DNA of 64,000 nucleotides from Octopus vulgaris (lineage: Eukaryota), in contig OX597828.1 in NCBI GenBank assembly GCA_951406725.2, forward strand, positions 5,766,001-5,830,000, read 5' to 3'. Below are positions 1 to 12,708 of this stretch, piece by piece. Position numbers and translations under genes: made by a program. The first letter of the stretch is position 1. Every line of letters begins with the position of its first letter. The notes under the pieces were generated by a model. The model searched no databases, was not told the DNA's origin, and saw nothing but the letters and a program-made list of their open reading frames with translations.

Positions 1-680
1 GCTGGAAGGCGGACTGCCATTCTTTGTCTCAAGTAATCCCCTTTGCTCTATGTAATCATCATTACATCCACTGCATTTGATAATATACTTTAATTTCGTG
101 TGGCACAAGTGAAATGAATTTTTAATGTAAATATCATTCTGGCTTTAAATTCTCGCGTCGAGCTCACACTGAGGCTGAAACAGACTGCGCAATTAAGACA
201 GTTAAATTTTTTGACTACTAGAGTTGGAATTTTTGGAAGAAATTTTGCGATTGCAAATAACTTTTTTAAAAAGAACTTTGTCTTTTAGTACAAACTATTG
301 CATATATTTCTTGGGCATTTTTTATTCGTTTGTCGTCCACTGAAAAGGGAAATATACCCTTCTGTATTTCTTGCAATGTCTCTTCGTCTATACTGTATAT
401 CTTAGGTATGTTTCTTGTTTCTCGTAATCCATGTGTATCTATCGTTTTAGGATTTTCTATTCCATTATCGTGTAAAGCTCCAAAGTCTTTTGAGTAATAT
501 AATGTTATTCCTTGAAATCATTACTTCAGGATTTTATGAATGAATAGAATTGTGCAGATTCTTCTTGCCCAGTTGTATATAAAGTTTATGCTTTGGATGG
601 GTGAATGAAAATAGCAGGTATTGTTTTGTATCTGTTACTCTGAAGTAGCTGTCGGTTGCAAAGTTAAATCTCTTATTATG
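1..680 (-). mobile_element. Penelope-like element remnant (RT C-terminus to GIY-YIG endonuclease), runs off the window start
   Basis: Minus-strand translation across frameshifts gives QYLLFSFTHPKH and YNWARRICTI (PLE RT C-terminal YLxFxSxHPxH / YxxAxRI) at ~550-640, and FTCATRN / YIIKCSGCNDDYIEQ / LRQR (GIY-YIG) at ~20-125. Confidence 0.75.
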
Positions 681-719
681 TCCAAAGCAAATCGTTCCCA
701 TTTATAATCCTTTTGATAG

Positions 720-1660
720 GTGTAAAGCGTTGCAGCATTAAAGAAATTCAAACGTCCTCGCACACTGTCGATGTCTCCCAACTATAGAGCAAAAGATGGA
801 AGATCTGGGACATGGAGATTCACATCTTTGTCCTCCTGCTCAGATTTTGGCAGCGATAATTCATTTGTCCAGTGAGTTCACAACTTCACCAGCATGACCA
901 CTACTTTTTAAGACTTCCGATTCGTAACTACTACTGATATGGATCACAATTCTGGGATATGTGAAGTTGGAAACATCTTCGTCCCTCTCAATCGCAAAAG
1001 AGACAAGCAAGATGGAGTGCACCAGGAAGCCAAGGAAACACAAGATCTTCGCCTTGACCCAAGAAGTTCTGCTTCCTCAGAATGAAAGGAGATCACTCCT
1101 TACAACATCCAGATATTCAGTAAGAATAACTGAGTTATTGCAAAATTCAGTCAGTAATTCTAATTTTACAAATAAATGCTCCAAAACTAGATCGAGACAT
1201 TATCTAAAAAATATCCTGTTCATGAAAAGTTTGGATATAGTGGGAGACAAAATACAACACTGGTGGGTACCAGTTCTAGAATTCTCCAAAGTACATTCCT
1301 GACCTCCGAGTCGAATGCCTTGCGGAAGTCAACATATGCTGCAGTCAGCTTCTGACGAAAACTTCAACTGCTTTTCATGAGTACGTGGCTAACAAGGATC
1401 CTGTCAGAGGTTAAATTCTATGGCATGAATCCCGACTTCTCCGGCCGTCACGAGAGTCAAGCAGACAATTTCTCACACTGTTTAGAATACCTCCGACAAA
1501 AACCTGCTGCAATTATAGTGTAAGAGCCCTATAGCTGCATCAGCCATTTCTACCTCTCCAGGGAGGATTAATTATGCCTCTCTCCTAGTCAGGCGGTAGG
1601 ATACCTCTGCTTCAAATTATCACTCCTTCAAGATTGCACTCATCGGGCCGACCGAAGCAT
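720..1660 (-). mobile_element. RTE-clade LINE, degenerate reverse transcriptase fragment
   Basis: Minus strand: ILPPD*ERGIINPPWRGR (IPxDWxxGxxxPxWKGK-like), CSYRALTL, AAYVDFRKAFDS (~1305-1345), EDVSNFTYP..VI...SYESEV (ORF 861..1043) and LSRRTK...LLLYSWET. Many stops and frameshifts. Confidence 0.8.
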
Positions 1661-1726
1661 TCAGTCTCGATTTGCTAGATGGAAATTGAAAGAAAGTCGT
1701 CATATATGTGTGTGCATGTCTTTGTT

Positions 1727-1796
<70 letters not shown>

Positions 1797-2011
1797 CATA
1801 TATATAATTAGATGTGTGTATGTTTCCCTTGTTAACATTTAACACGGAAAAAATAGATAAATAGTTACCAGGGTAGCAAAAAATCAAACAAGTAAAAAGG
1901 TTGTAACTCCTTGTTTTTAAAGGTAGAAAATTCGGGTTTATGTAAAATATTTTGGATAATATATATAAATAAATAAATGGAGTTAAACGCAGCTGTTATT
2001 CAAATTCTTAT

Positions 2012-2100
2012 ACTTCCGACACATGTTTCGAAGATATCACTGGTATTATTCCAAAGGAATAAAATGGTGTAAAGCAATGTAATCTTCTCTTCAGAGAAGC
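2012..2100 (-). ncRNA. Type I hammerhead ribozyme motif with extended stem II, in a PLE terminal-repeat-like segment (~1810-2370)
   Basis: Minus strand reads GCTTCT-CTGAAGA-GAAGAT..(46 nt)..ATCTTC-GAAAC-ATGT-GTC-GGAAGT: 6-bp stem I (two G-U), intact core, 6-bp stem II, GUC cleavage triplet. Confidence 0.75.
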
Positions 2101-2399
2101 AAAAAAATGAAATTCGTCATTAAGACATTTTAGCAGAAAATGATGGATATATATACTGTTTAACTGAATGCTATTAAGATTGTTTAAAAAAACGTTTTAT
2201 GATATAACGTCAAAGGTAGACTATTGAAAGAGGAGGGATAAATGAAAGAAAAACTAAATAAATGAGAAGTATATGACTATATGTATATTAAATATAATCA
2301 TATAGACTTGGAAAAATATACATCTCTATTGAGATATATATCTAAATCTAAATTAAATTACAGCAGATTTTAATGACCACCTCGAGAACCCAGTTTCCC

Positions 2400-3700
2400 C
2401 ATAAACTGTTCGCTGGGAGCTACACAAAGCTGGATTTCACAGGATGTATTCGAAAGCCGTCAACAAAAAAGTCAAACATTTGTTATTCATGGATGACCGC
2501 AAACTGTATGGTAAAGATGAAGCCCAAGTCAGTTCCCTCGTTGATACGGTATATACTTTCAGTGCTGATATCAGAATGGAGCTCGGACTGAGAAAGTGTG
2601 GTGTATTAGTACTGAAGAGAGGCAAAATCAAATGTATGAATGCACTAACGATACGGTCGGGGGAGGTTACGAAGCAGGTAGAAGGGACGGGCTATAAGTA
2701 CTTAGGGATTTTGAAAATGGATAAATTGATAGAGAAAGAAATGACAGAAAAATTTAAGGTGGAGTACTTGCACAGACTGAGACTAATACTTAAGGCAAAA
2801 TTAAACGGATGGAATAAGATCGAAGCTATCAACACCTGGGCGGTTTCACTCCTTAGGTATGGAACAGGGGAAATCGCATGGATAGTAGAAGAACTAAAAA
2901 GCTTAGACAGAAAGACAAAAAAGTTTCTAACTAGATATTGGTCTGTCCACCCGAAAAGTGACACAGATAGACTGAATGTACCAAGACAAACATGGGGAAG
3001 AGGGCTTATTGGATGCGAACACAGCATTAAAGCAGATGTAAAACATAACATGATATGTAAAAAAGGCCACAGAAATGCTATTATTAGAAGTAAGAAAGTC
3101 AGGCTTGTGTAGGTTGAAAGAGTGCAAAAATAAAACACTTTACAAGTAATTGAAATCGAATGAAACTGAAAATAGGTAGGTAAAGAAAAGAACGCATGGT
3201 CAATTTCTTACCTTCATGTGTTGAAGATAAGACAGAGAGAAAAAATGCCTGTGGATGACTGAAAGTGATTTAAAACCGAAAACGGAGGCTCTAATATGTG
3301 CTACCCAAGAGCAAGCACTAAGAACAAACTACATAAAATACAGAATAGACAGCACATCAGAAAATGATAAGTGCAGAATCTGTGGGCAAAACGGTGAACC
3401 TGTATGGCATATTACCAGCCAATATATGCCACTAGCCCAGGAGGAATATAAGTGACGTCACGAAAATATAGCCAAGTTTTTCCATTGCACACTTTACAAC
3501 AAGTATGGACTTGACAGAGAAAAAAATTGTTACGACCACAAACCTGTCGAAAAGAGAAATACAAAGATCCTATGGGATTTTATGATTCAGTGCGACTATG
3601 AGATTGAGATTAGGAAGGCGGAAAAATCTTACTTGAGAAAGAAAACAAACTATGACAGGTTAGCTTGGGAAGTTAAACACAAGAGTGGCCTTCGAATAGA
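2400..3700 (+). mobile_element. R4/Dong-like non-LTR retrotransposon 3' fragment (RT, CCHC, REL endonuclease)
   Basis: ORF 2444..3112 has HLLFMDDRKLYGK, YKYLGI, NKIEAINTWAVSLLRY and HPKSDTDRLNVPR..GRGL. ORF 3255..3455 has ETEAL-like TEALICATQEQALRTNYIK and CRICG..E..WHI. KILWDFMIQCD follows at ~3564-3596. Confidence 0.85.
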
Positions 3701-6200
3701 TCTTCAGTTTGGGATTTGGTCAAAGAAGAGTTGCTTTGGAATTTTGATATCATTCATTCGTGAGAGATAACCTGACCACCTTAGAGGTATTTTAATGACG
3801 ATGGCTCCATTACTTGATATGTTGCATTTTGTTAGCACCTTACTGTTACGAATATGGTCACTCATTTTGTTATTGGAAATAGCACTCAAACATCGAACAG
3901 TAAAAGCTTCAAGCTGGTTGATATGATTTCGGTACAATTTATATGATTCAGCATCATAAACCAATGATGTAAAAAACCACCAGTATGTACATATCGACTT
4001 TCGCCATCAGCTATATTTCGTTGCTGTTTCCATGTCTAATTTACCGAAAGTGGGACTAGTCTTCCCGATTTTGGATTTAATTTTATTAATACTAAAGCAT
4101 CATTGGGCACAATGGAACCAAAAAACAGTTTTTTTTATCCTATTCCGTCAACATATACAGTAAGGTCAACAGCAGGAGGATGCTCGCAGATGGACAAACT
4201 CACTTTTCATGAAGCTAATATTTAGACCAAAGGGTTTGATGCTCGCGACATGTTCTTTAGAATGTATTGCATGTCCTCACGATTGTGTGCTACGAGGGCA
4301 CGATTGTCTGCGAAAAACAGATCACGAACTACTTACAACAGATTCTTAGTATTTTGCTTTGCTGCGCTGTTGTTTGAACAAGTCACCACCATTCCTCTAC
4401 ACAAACTTCACTCCTTCCTTAACAACTTTGAACGCTGTTTGTAGAATGCCAGAGAAATATATAGCAAATCACAATTGTTCAAGAGCACAACGTTATTTAG
4501 TTCCATTTGAGACTCTGAATCGGACACTTCCACGCCAGATCTAACAGAAGCCGTCTTCCCTTGGGGGGAAAAAGTGATGACATCGAGCATCTTTTCGGGA
4601 AAAACCTACTTTTCAGAGGGAAACACAAAATGCATCACCAGATACGGTGACGAAAGTTTTAGTTACATCTACAAAAGTGACAAAATGGTCTCGAGCCTTT
4701 CCCTGCAGCTTCTTCAGGCAGAAACCCATACCTCCAGTGCCTCTACCAGCCCGACATCCTCACTGAGATTCAGACAAAGGTAAGATGGAAAACTTCCGTG
4801 GATCTTCGCGGAGATGCAAAAAAGGGGGCGACCTCTATAGTTGTCACATTCATATTTGTTGCCTTTATGCTTATAGAGATGGACAGTAGAAACGAATTTA
4901 AAGTCCTGTGGGACCGATTCTGGCTCCCATATTAAGGGGAAGTGTTCACATAATTTGTTCAGCAGGAGACTGGCATCATGCTTATATATTTCAGCTGGTA
5001 TACCATCATTCTCAGACGACTTTCCATTTGTGATCTGTTTTATGACCTTTTTATCTCGGTATTTGATGTAGCAACAGGCAACCCATTAAGGACAGGCTTC
5101 TTTGGTTGGTTGTTGATCAGTTCTTCATCAGCAATTGAGTACATACGCGTGTTCAGAAGATTTGAAATCTGCTCAGCCCAGCGCTTCGTGATGTCTTTTT
5201 TTTGTCTGTCAAGTCCTCAACTGAAAGCATGGAAGTTGTGTCATGATACACAGCATTCTACGACTCCTGCGCCTTCTTTCGTCTTCTTTCACCGCTTTGT
5301 TTCATTTTCCTCAGATGAGATTGGCATGTATATCTGGCCTTCTAAAACTCATTGCGCTTGGTGGCATTATTTTTGTCTCACATCCATTGAAGATGACACT
5401 TGTTCATATTGTCGAAAAGAGGAGAGATATCTGGATCATTTAAGTCGAACCAATCTTGATGCTTCCTCTTAACCTAAAAAAATCAGATAGCCAAGTTTCC
5501 GAAAGAGCTGCTGTTCCAATGTGTTTTTCATTCAAGACAAATGCAACTATAACGGTTCAGTGTTCTGTAACTTTCTCGCTTCTCTGAAGGGTTTCAACAT
5601 TTGTAGATGCAACGAAAAAGTCTTTTCAGTTTCGGTTCACTTAGTGTTTTGCTGAAGTATTGGATGCCCAGTTATTTGCACCTAATTACCGGGGACAATG
5701 CGACTAAGCAATTTTAGGTCAAATTTTCTTGACCCAACCCTCTTTGATAGGAGGAAAGTAGTGACATCCTAAAAAGAGCTGCCTTGAAGACGCGGCTTAC
5801 ACGATTACACGCTGATGTTGTGCAAAGTTCAAGCTAAGAACATCCTATGACATCGTTCCCCTCCCTATCCCTTCATCTTCATAGGATTTGGTTGGTACAA
5901 AACATGTTCGTGCTATTTGCTGACGACATCGTACTGAACTATGTGCACTTGGTTTGTATATGTTGGTTATTTCATGTGCAGCTGCATACGCATTCCATAA
6001 AAAAAAAAGCATTTCTTTGTGCTTGGTGAACGGTATGCTACGTGTCAGATACTAAATCGATCCCAGATAGGAGATCAATGTGACCTTGTCCTAGTAATCA
6101 TGCTTAGCCTACCGAGCCCAGACTGCCTTATATGTAAGTAGATGCTGACAGCGCTCACCAACGAATGGGGCTGTCAGCAACCATGAACCTGTTTTATATC
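3700..6200 (-). mobile_element. RTE/BovB-like LINE, degenerate (APE-RT), tail-to-tail with the R4/Dong fragment
   Basis: ORF 3704..3964 (ESYKLYRNHINQLEAF..RCL..I....LRWSGYLSRMND.KIPKQLFF) matches the RTE/BovB C-terminus. Minus-strand KRKHQDWFDLND at ~5435-5470. The upper boundary is approximate. Confidence 0.8.
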
Positions 6201-7233
6201 AAACTTTTCTTCCGCCTCCTTGATGGGTCGGCATTGTCCTATGTAGTAATACACGCGCGTGCGCTCTGCCCTCTCCACGTGTATATACACCTACATGTAT
6301 ATAAACTATAAAGAAGCAAAATATATAAAATTCAGAAATACATAAATAAAATAAAATATAGAAAGACGATATATACATATGGACACGCGAAAACACACAC
6401 ACACACATACACATACATATATGTGTGTATGCGTGTGTGTTTGTGTTTATGCAGATCGATGACAAACGATAAGAAATACATGTGTTAGTAGATTTCGTAA
6501 ATTTATGTGTGGGCCATAATTATGCTAAAATGTACTCACAATTAGCTTGAAAGAGTAACTAATGGTCACTATTCCCACAATTATTTCTCCTCTTTTCGCT
6601 TAGGAGTTGTTAATTGTAAAGTAATTTATCTAACCCTTAGTACCAACCTGATTGAAGCGCTCTTGAGTATCATCGCTGGGTGGCTAAATTTGGAACGCTT
6701 ATGATATTTGAAATTCGTAGAACAATATATTTAAGTGAATTTTTATAGGTTGTCATGTGTTTCAACATATTAGTGATATATATCATACAATTTTATTACA
6801 TCCTATTTTCGCAATAGGCGCAATGTTGAACAGTGTCAACATTTAATATAATGTCACGCTTATTTACTGTTTATGAGTTTGTAAGAACCTAGCACAAGTC
6901 GTTAAATAGATTAAGATCTTTTGTAATGCTTTTGCTTATTCATATTACTTCGTACTAGAGGGTATATTGTGCAATACAAACAAGGCTGTGAAATAGAATT
7001 TTAGTAAAGTTAACGTGGATCAGGTGCACTACCTGTCATAATTGAATTTTCAAGGTTTAAATTAAAAAGGAACTGTAGAACGAATTTGCCATTGATATTT
7101 ATATATATATATATATATATATATAAAGTTAATCCAAACAAGAAAAGAAAGAAAAAAAGAGAAAAAAAACACAGCAACGCAGGACGTGGAACAATTAAAG
7201 TATTATTGACGCTCGGGAAAGAAGGGAAGGAGG

Positions 7234-7268
7234 GTTTAACGTTTCAAGCGGAGCTCTTCGTCGGAAAC
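7234..7268 (-). ncRNA. Minimal hammerhead-like motif (core variant CCGACGA) inside a dispersed repeat (~7130-7320)
   Basis: Minus strand: GTTT-CCGACGA-A-GAGC-TCC-GCTT-GAAAC-GTT-AAAC. Stems I and II pair; core U4 is replaced by C. Confidence 0.45.
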
Positions 7269-7384
7269 AAGGAGAAGGAAAGATCTCAAGAAGGGAAGAC
7301 AGAGGAAAACATATTTGAGCTGGTGGTGCTCAAGAGATCACATGTATATGTGTGTGTATACATATATAGATATAGATATATAGT

Positions 7385-7477
<93 letters not shown>

Positions 7478-7494
7478 ATAAATGTATGTATATG

Positions 7495-7540
<46 letters not shown>

Positions 7541-9216
7541 GTATGTATGTATATGTATATATGTATATATATGCATGTGCGTGCCACAGAGTGTGCGCGT
7601 ATACATATATACATGGATACACATGCATATATGTACCGAACGGATATGTGAAAAGTTACAACACTGACATTATGTATATTTTTTCTCTATGCTTATATGT
7701 GTATATGTTTATATGCGTATGCGTCAATATGTATGCCTACATATCAGAAGAACAAAAAAGAATCCCTACAGACACAATTAACTCTGCCATCGAAAGCAAT
7801 ATATCCCGAAAGGTCAGGCAGTCCTTTCAATCCAAGATTGATGAGCAAGATATGAATAAAATATATCTCCATTTCGCCATCTGTGATTTCTGCCACTAGG
7901 CAGGTTATTAGTAACACATATTTTCTGTTATGTGGAGGTATTTATAAACATAAGTCAGAAATAGACGTTTGTATAAAGCCGACATCAATGACACCATTTA
8001 CATTTAAAAGGCATTATTCATGAAGGTTTGCATTTATCTTTGCTTATTTTTGTTCACGCACTTAAAGTACTACTTTCTTTCATGTGAGAATGTGTAACAT
8101 TTATAATTCATATAACAGAAGTTTGCGCGGTACAGATTGCCTAAGTTACGAGGTCATGAGAGTGATGGAATTCTTTCTACTAAATATGAAGGAAAGCAGT
8201 CTTCCGATCATCTTTTATTTATTTTTTTTTGTTATTAAATTTTTGTTCAATATACTTTCATATTTTCACAACAACGCCTCCTTCCTTTACATTATATCTA
8301 TAATATACATGTACGTGTCCGTGTGTGTATACATACATACGTACATCTTACAAGCACACATATATATATATATATATACATATATACATACATCATAAAT
8401 ATATATTTAAATACAGATTACGTATGCATATATATATATACATGCACACAAATACATGCTGATGGCGCCATGTCGACACATCGTCTGATGATTGCTGTCT
8501 CCTTGTGTTCCGTGGTTATCGAAAGCATTTCTCACTGCCACTCCATGAGTTCCCACATGACTTCTCAGTACTGCAGTTGATCTGTTTGTTTTGCAGTATA
8601 GGAGACAGATGAAAGCTATAGCTTACTGAACACTTCTAACTGGTTAGCTCTGCACATGTAACCACTTTTCCATTGCCACACGACTTTCTTTAGCTGGTAA
8701 AACGAATAAGATCATCATAAAGAGAAATGTGTAGGTTATGGGATTATATTGAAACATGTACAACGCGATTACTCCTCACTGACCTCCGTGATTTGGACTC
8801 AGTTGCAGGCTGCATCGATATGAGTGTTAATCGCACAGATTTTACATGAGTGTGTCCCTCTCCTAGAAGGTTGCGCTGACAACAGCTTGGAGGTGATACT
8901 GCGTACCATGACACCAGTCAAAGGTATTTTAGCGTAAGGGCACTGTGAGTGATTGTCAACCTGTACGCTAGTTAACCCATATCGGCGATCCAGAGATTTG
9001 CTATTATACTGAGTAAGACCACACATAATAACAATAGTTGTTAGGGGATGTATGCTCAGACCCGGGTGCAGTTGAAAGACACACACATACGTACTAACAT
9101 ACATACGTGCTTGTGTGTCTGTACATATATACATATATAAACGTATGTATATTATCTACATGTATATAAGTATGTATATTATATATATATATGTGTGCAT
9201 ATATATATATATGTAC

Positions 9217-9515
9217 ATTAGAAGAAATGAGGTACTCAGAAACTCGGATGGTTTTATATTTACAGATATTTATTTGTATATTACAGGTTTTTATACATCA
9301 TATAACTTAGATCATATGTTAGTGTTTTCTGCCATTCTGGTGGGGATTTCAAATCGAACTGAAAACGATTCAAATCGATTTGAAAACCCCACCAGAATGG
9401 CAGAGAGCACTAATATATGATCTAAGCTATATGATGTATAAAAACCTGTAATATACAAATAAATATCTGTAAATATAAAACCATCCGAATTTCGGGGCAC
9501 CTCATTTCTTCTAAT
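9217..9515. repeat. Long inverted repeat (141-bp arms, 17-nt spacer)
   Basis: 9217-9357 is the reverse complement of 9375-9515 with about 9 mismatches. The mirrored ORFs 9115..9420 (+) and 9312..9599 (-) translate to nearly the same peptide. Confidence 0.95.
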
Positions 9516-10445
9516 ATAAAATACCTGTACATCATCTCCAAACCTTCCAATATATATGTATACATACATACATATGTATGTAATCAATATATAGCTCATA
9601 ACCTCAGGGCATGTCCATATGTGTATACAATAAGAACGATTGAAACTGACTCAATTTAAAGTCATTATTCATAATCTTATATAACTGCTTTTTAACAGAA
9701 CTGGAGTTATTATTGAAATCAAATTGCGGATTAATATATAAGATGATCATTATTCCCGAAAAGAGGCTTGTAGGTATAGAGCTTTTAAAATTTTGTATGA
9801 AGTGATCAATATTTATATATTCAGTATATAGATAAATAAATAAAAAGATGAAAAATATTGGGAGATTAACGAGGAGTATAAACAGTCACTAAGACCCAAC
9901 TTATAATAATCAAGTGAATCATTGGAGAAATTTATATAAGCAAGTTACTCTTCATTTACTTGTTATAGTAATCAAGACCAGTCGTATTTTTTATGGTTCT
10001 CTTTTTCCTGTTCAATGAATTATAACTACCCTTTGCAGTGAATTCTGAGTGAAACAGAAGTAGAGAAGAGAAATGAAGAGGAAAGAGATAGGGATAGATC
10101 TCTGGAAATTAGACGTAGAAAGGAATTACTTTAAAGATGTAATTGCAGATGCTAAAATCAAATGAGAAGTTTAGATAGAAATTCATGGGGAAGATAGTTT
10201 ATGTTTAAATGTTCTGTGAAAACAGTTAATCGCAGTTAAATACATGAATGAAGTGCGGGGATTTGTAATAGTGTATAAATACCCAGTCGTTGATGTATAA
10301 ATGTTTTATATACTACCATATGTGCGTTATATACGATGATCGTTATCAATACAATTCCGGTATTTATCTCCAGGCTACGTTGCAAAAGTATTTTTGTCGT
10401 TATACCTGCATCCATTTCAGTTTCTTTTCATTCAGCAGGAATATA

Positions 10446-11321
10446 TAGAGAAGGTGTATTCTAGAAGTTTTCAGACATTTTTGGAGAGACAGTCATACAT
10501 TCAAAAGAAATCCAAAATGTTAACATCTTTCAAAATAGGATCCTCATATTTCAATGAACGTGTTGCGCTTCAGTCAGTTCGTGAACGTTCCGTACAGGTT
10601 TTCTAATGTAAGACTTACCAAGTCCTTTGTCACAGCTTCTTTCATTTTCAAAATTATACCCCACGAGATTTTCCTTCTGTTTAGGGAATAACCGAAAATC
10701 ACAAGTAGCAAGGCCTGAGCTCTACAGAGGGTGAGAGACATTTATGATATCGAGCTCTATCAAGTTGTTGATTTCTAGAATATTCGTCACTGAGCACTAC
10801 GGAAACGAACTTTGCACGAGTTTTGCGCATATTTAGATTTTCATGAATAATTATGAGCGTCTTTGGAGCACCAGCTCTTATACACACACGACAGTCTTCG
10901 TTCAGAAAACTGCAAATTTTCTCAACCCACTCTGGCGTTATGACGTTGCACCCCACTCACACATCTCATCTCTTGCCCCCTTTCCACTATCCTTGAACCT
11001 TTTGTGCGACCGAAAAATTAAATCCAGAAACAGGCTGAAGCATTTCATAATATTTTGTTGTATTTTCGGCCAATTTTTAAGAAAACTTAATTGCGTAATA
11101 AGCTCACGAAAGTGTCGAATGCATTCTGCAAACTAGTCAGCTGCAAGAAACAGCGTCTAGTAGATCGTGCTGTAAATGCTATTAAGGACGACTGCTTCTA
11201 TCTGGAATTTGAAAAACAAATGGCAGGTCAGATTCTTCGTAATACAGAAATAATTTACTAGAATTACATCATAGATGTTTTTCTCAAAATATGTCTAAAC
11301 AACTGAGGAATGCAACTCGCA
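10446..11321 (-). mobile_element. Internally deleted mariner transposon
   Basis: Minus strand IIHENLNMRKTRAKFVSVVLSDE (WVPR-motif region) is followed closely by VSHPL*SSGLATCDFRLFPKQKENLVG (HPPYSPDLAPCDFxLFP). Degenerate TIR-like ends at ~10446-10490 and ~11278-11321. Confidence 0.7.
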
Positions 11322-11466
11322 CGCGCGCACACACACATGCACATACACACATTGTACGATAAACAAGAGAGTGAATTGTTTTCGAATGCAGCAATGCCGT
11401 TACGACAGACGAATTAATGGATGGAATAACCTTCTAAAGTGTAAAATGTTGTAAAGCTAACAGCTG

Positions 11467-11516
<50 letters not shown>

Positions 11517-11524
11517 CGTGTGTG

Positions 11525-11576
<52 letters not shown>

Positions 11577-11665
11577 ATGGTATATACCTACCATTATAAA
11601 TAATACCAAATGTTCTTTTTCGGATTCTTCATAATGTGATACAAGTCTTTGGTGTAGTTATTGCA

Positions 11666-11758
11666 TGTGGCTGAAGAGGGCTTTAAACTATCTTTTATGT
11701 CGATTATACATTGATGTAAAATTAGTTGTTTTATAAAGTCCGAAACACGTGTACCGCG
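11666..11758 (+). ncRNA. Type I hammerhead ribozyme motif with long stem II
   Basis: TGTGG-CTGAAGA-GGGCTTTA..(48 nt)..TAAAGTCC-GAAAC-ACGT-GTA-CCGCG: intact core, 8-bp stem II closed by G-C, palindromic ACGT loop III, GUA triplet. Confidence 0.8.
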
Positions 11759-12002
11759 ACATCCTTTGTGTTCTGTTTTTTTATTTCATTTGATACATAT
11801 ATCCTCTCACATCTGCTACTAGCTGGCATATACAGGTGCTTATACTTATCAAGTATTCACCCTGAATTTATCATTCATATATATATATATATATATATAA
11901 TAACAAAGGGTAAAATTAATTAATTAAGAAGTAATCAATAAATTTCACCAAGTAGAATTCGGTATGAAAACAGGACCGTTGCGCGGTAAATTTTAGAAAT
12001 AC

Positions 12003-12381
<379 letters not shown>

Positions 12382-12607
12382 CAGACATATAGATAAGTTT
12401 CTTTATTGGCCACACAGGGCTGCACACAGATGGGACAAGTTACAAGGTAGAGCTTTTCTTTTGGGGGATGAAAAAGACAAAAACAAAAAAAAAGGAAACA
12501 AAAAAAAGATTTTCGATCAAAAGGGATCGTAAAAGGGAAAAAAAGAACAAAAAAATAAAATAAATAAAAAAAAAAAAAAAAAGAAAAAGAGGAAGATAGA
12601 TAGATAA

Positions 12608-12708
<101 letters not shown>

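Noticed and set aside
2692-3138. Hydrophobic ORFs 2692..3138 (-) and 4978..5472 (+)
   Set aside because: Antisense shadows of LINE coding sequence.
5907-5936. Plus-strand FVLFADDIVL resembling an RT catalytic motif
   Set aside because: It has no flanking RT motifs on that strand and lies inside a minus-strand RTE endonuclease region; probably chance.
8480-8530. CTGATGA followed by GAAA
   Set aside because: No convincing stem I or II and no GUH triplet in register.
9600-10100. Possible minus-strand PLE RT N-terminal remnant
   Set aside because: Motif similarity is too faint to support by eye.
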